A stretch of 64,000 nt of DNA from a virus: the IMG/VR virus record IMGVR_UViG_3300027779_000019, positions 13,680 through 77,679 of that record; one strand, written 5' to 3'. The first letter of the stretch is position 1; the number at the start of each line of letters is the position of its first letter. Made by a program: the position numbers and the translations under genes. Below the pieces are notes generated by a model. That model ran no database searches. It was not told the DNA's origin and saw only the letters and a list, made by a program, of their open reading frames with translations. Below are positions 62,501-64,000 of this stretch, piece by piece.

Positions 62501-64000
62501 AGGAACGGGTTCGTTCAGCGGTGCGCTGACGGGTACTACGGCTACGTTTAGTGGGATAATTCAAGGTGGGCCTTCCTCTACAGGCGGCGGTGTTTGGATG
62601 CGTCAAAACTACAGCGGAACAGCGCACCACATTGGCGTGATTGGGAATCAATACTCTACAGGCGCGATAACCCTTGGATATGCTGCTGTTGGCAAGGCTG
62701 GTGGCTCTGGCTACACCTCTACGCTGAGTAATTTCTCTACTTCTCGGTCTATACTTCAGATAGGCAGTAACACTTTAAACTTCTTAACCACGGCAGGGGC
62801 GGTGCAGACAGCGGTTGGCAGCGACTTAACAATGGTCAGCCGAATGTCAGTAAGCAACACCGCTGCGACATTGACGGTTCCGCTGACGGGTACTAGTGCT
62901 ACGTTCACACAGGTAATGAATTTATCTGGGGTAAATAAAATACACCAGCTTTCGGGGCATAACTTTGTGCAAGGGGATGCGACCATGACGTATCTCTACG
63001 GTGGGTCTGGTGGGGGTCAAATTCGTACCACAAATAATGCTTCCAGCCTTGTGCAATGGTTAGATAACGGCAACGTCGGCATCGGGACTACTGCTCCAGC
63101 CGCCACCTTGGAGGTTAGGGATGCATCCACTGCTTCAAGTAGATGGACTGCTGCTTTTTGCTCAGATAACCAAGCTGCTATTGCCGCCCGAGCCCATGAT
63201 AGTGTTTTAATACAAGCCTCTGATGTTCCGTGCTTAAAAATATATGAGACAGCGTCTCCGGCTCAAGTCGCAACTTTAGCAGTAGGGGATGGTAATGCCA
63301 CATTAGCCTCCTCTAACACATTAAGATTTTTCGTTAGCGGGTCTATTACGGGCGATGGTTATAATGGTATGGGTGGCACTCAAGCCATGCATATTAAGTC
63401 TGACGGCAATGTCGGCATCGGGACCACTGCGCCATCAAGCAAGCTTCATGTCACAGCCGCTCCAGCTAATGGCGTGTATCTTTCTTATTTATATAATAGC
63501 GCTACTCATGCAGCTGCTCATGGGCTTAATGTTCAGGTTGCAAGTACGGGCACGGCAGCCTACGCGTTAAGAGTTAATACTGGATCAGACACCAATGCTT
63601 TAGCTGTTATGGGCTCTGGCAAAGTCGGCATCGGGACTAGTGCGCCAAGCGCAAACCTACACATAAAGCAAGGTGGAGATTTTACTGGCTCTGGTGGGGC
63701 ATTGTTGCACATAGGGACATCTGTAATAACGAATACATCAGATTTAGGGTTAATGGTTTCTGTTAATGATGCCACAACCACCGCCCCCCAGAAAGCAGGT
63801 TTAATATTATACAACAATAACGCAACGGCGGGTGGCTGGTCGCCAATGCTTTTATTTTCCAAGAAAGAATCAGGCGCAAGCCCTTATCAGGCAACTATGG
63901 CTGGTATTGCAGCAAAGGCTCCATTGGGTACAGGGAATGGTGGTGCTTGGATTGATGGGGAGTTGCACTTTTATACTGCTGGTGCTGCGACTAGTGGCAT
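59556..64000 (+). CDS. giant fibre 3 (runs off the window end)
   Basis: ATG 59556 with SD AAGGA; GKVGIG repeats still in the same frame at 63618; absent from the track, consistent with no stop before 64000. Confidence 0.8.
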   Translation, partial: MANRDASTAIVRRGTLGVFKRGVGTATPTAKLDLRGSDGYLKFDSSASDATIKSDYNLKLYGDDTGNNSSGYQNIQFYTAGANERMRIDSAGKVGIGTTAPATLLHVRGAFTSGSIPHIRSEDSTDSSYVQMYMASSAGGYLETSSGKMLRFAPAGSTKMVVLTNGNVGIGTTAPDSKLEIAGGGYNSSLKIKGSGSHTGIQFEDSGGTTDGYVYAAGLSVGLLDAGTDWMIQCENDNFIRFATNGNTEHMRITSVGNVGIGTTSPRQSLQVGAIDTANDGVRVTNAGSLNNKSVLGFGGSYIQPMAAVGGVVESAVGFTAGGLYFSTRTATSDTVPTERMRITSDGNVGIGTTAPGKKLDVVGETRIQSSSSSATHLNYNDAGTNYISTSDTSATYFRGVSSTTMTVKGDGKVGIGTAAPTSNLHVSGSAASANYAATISNDSGGGRVLKLYNHDWDVADYLIYASNGGTPSLPHFKFVVDGNARVGIGTDTPYYKLHTEFTDNTTVLSGGSGGNWGGNGIRIDNNSTTVGSMAIAHFRTYSADWHIGNRFISSGPDKSDFFFKHETTEVLTILNDGKVGIGTTAPSYLLDVNGTARLGALTGTTATFSGYISQGTGQSHYFRGGTDANWRIGSDITADTGGLVTGAAVQMIVGGWGNTYGFQIFGHATPTSPCFEVIPNTTVATSVTNVRGKLYINNTQVIDNSRNLSNIVAITTSGTITSGANLVSTGHLSSSAVYNSGNYKILNNGGTAWHDVVTRGSGDNYTINALGGFNIGSTTVIDASRNLTNIGTITTAGGITVGGDLTINGTTTTVSTTNLLVDDPLMLLARVQTGTPTLDCGLIMERGTGTNVGMIWDESADQFAFINTTDTATTAGNVTIANYANLKAEAATFSGALTASSMTNTLGSAVASTNLQTILNGVASKANRIKFQEAGVDKWLLGQGAASETSAFELYNAAGVIAISVNKTSNLTTLAAGLAVTGTGSFSGALTGTTATFSGIIQGGPSSTGGGVWMRQNYSGTAHHIGVIGNQYSTGAITLGYAAVGKAGGSGYTSTLSNFSTSRSILQIGSNTLNFLTTAGAVQTAVGSDLTMVSRMSVSNTAATLTVPLTGTSATFTQVMNLSGVNKIHQLSGHNFVQGDATMTYLYGGSGGGQIRTTNNASSLVQWLDNGNVGIGTTAPAATLEVRDASTASSRWTAAFCSDNQAAIAARAHDSVLIQASDVPCLKIYETASPAQVATLAVGDGNATLASSNTLRFFVSGSITGDGYNGMGGTQAMHIKSDGNVGIGTTAPSSKLHVTAAPANGVYLSYLYNSATHAAAHGLNVQVASTGTAAYALRVNTGSDTNALAVMGSGKVGIGTSAPSANLHIKQGGDFTGSGGALLHIGTSVITNTSDLGLMVSVNDATTTAPQKAGLILYNNNATAGGWSPMLLFSKKESGASPYQATMAGIAAKAPLGTGNGGAWIDGELHFYTAGAATSG

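Noticed and set aside
1656-63862. Numerous antisense or nested track ORFs (e.g. 1656..2204, 7978..8577, 9428..9838, 39503..39928, 59737..60006)
   Set aside because: They are shadows of motif-supported genes or of the tRNA, with no independent signals.
43727-64000. Diversity-generating retroelement or invertase shufflon acting on the fibres
   Set aside because: No reverse transcriptase, no adenine-specific TR/VR pair and no invertase seen; the linker repeats are all direct.

Overview
The window is part of a large tailed-phage genome. The host is probably in Verrucomicrobia/PVC, inferred from H-X9-DG prepilin-type genes and a CGWS glutaredoxin. It has three zones. (1) 1-21.2 kb is an early/host-takeover region of many short genes driven by about 21 near-identical sigma70-type promoters, mostly giving leaderless or 4-nt-leader mRNAs. 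It also encodes ParB-like, RuvB-like, DUF932, Gp88-like and SleB-like proteins, an unannotated ArfA-like peptide, tRNA-Cys and two candidate ncRNAs. Seven ~77-bp double-palindrome elements punctuate this zone. (2) 21.4-30.8 kb is an auxiliary block: heptose adenylyltransferase, methyltransferases, GIY-YIG, glutaredoxin, HMA, two pilin-like paralogs, MscS-like and PhoH. (3) 30.8-64 kb holds a phage sigma factor, ERCC4 nuclease, terminase, portal, a tubulin/FtsZ homolog, protease/scaffold, capsid proteins and three giant repeat-built fibre genes. The best candidate for a new system is a promoter- and terminator-delimited ~170-nt RNA (8833-9002). Its exposed loop (UCUCUCAUAACU) is exactly antisense to the conserved 5' end and start codon (AGUUAUGAGAGA) of a family of early mRNAs. 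It lies within a cassette-like array delimited by the double palindromes, one of which is the exact centre of a mirror-symmetric hub carrying sigma70 and sigma54 sites. All family assignments are from motif recognition by eye; no database searches were run.
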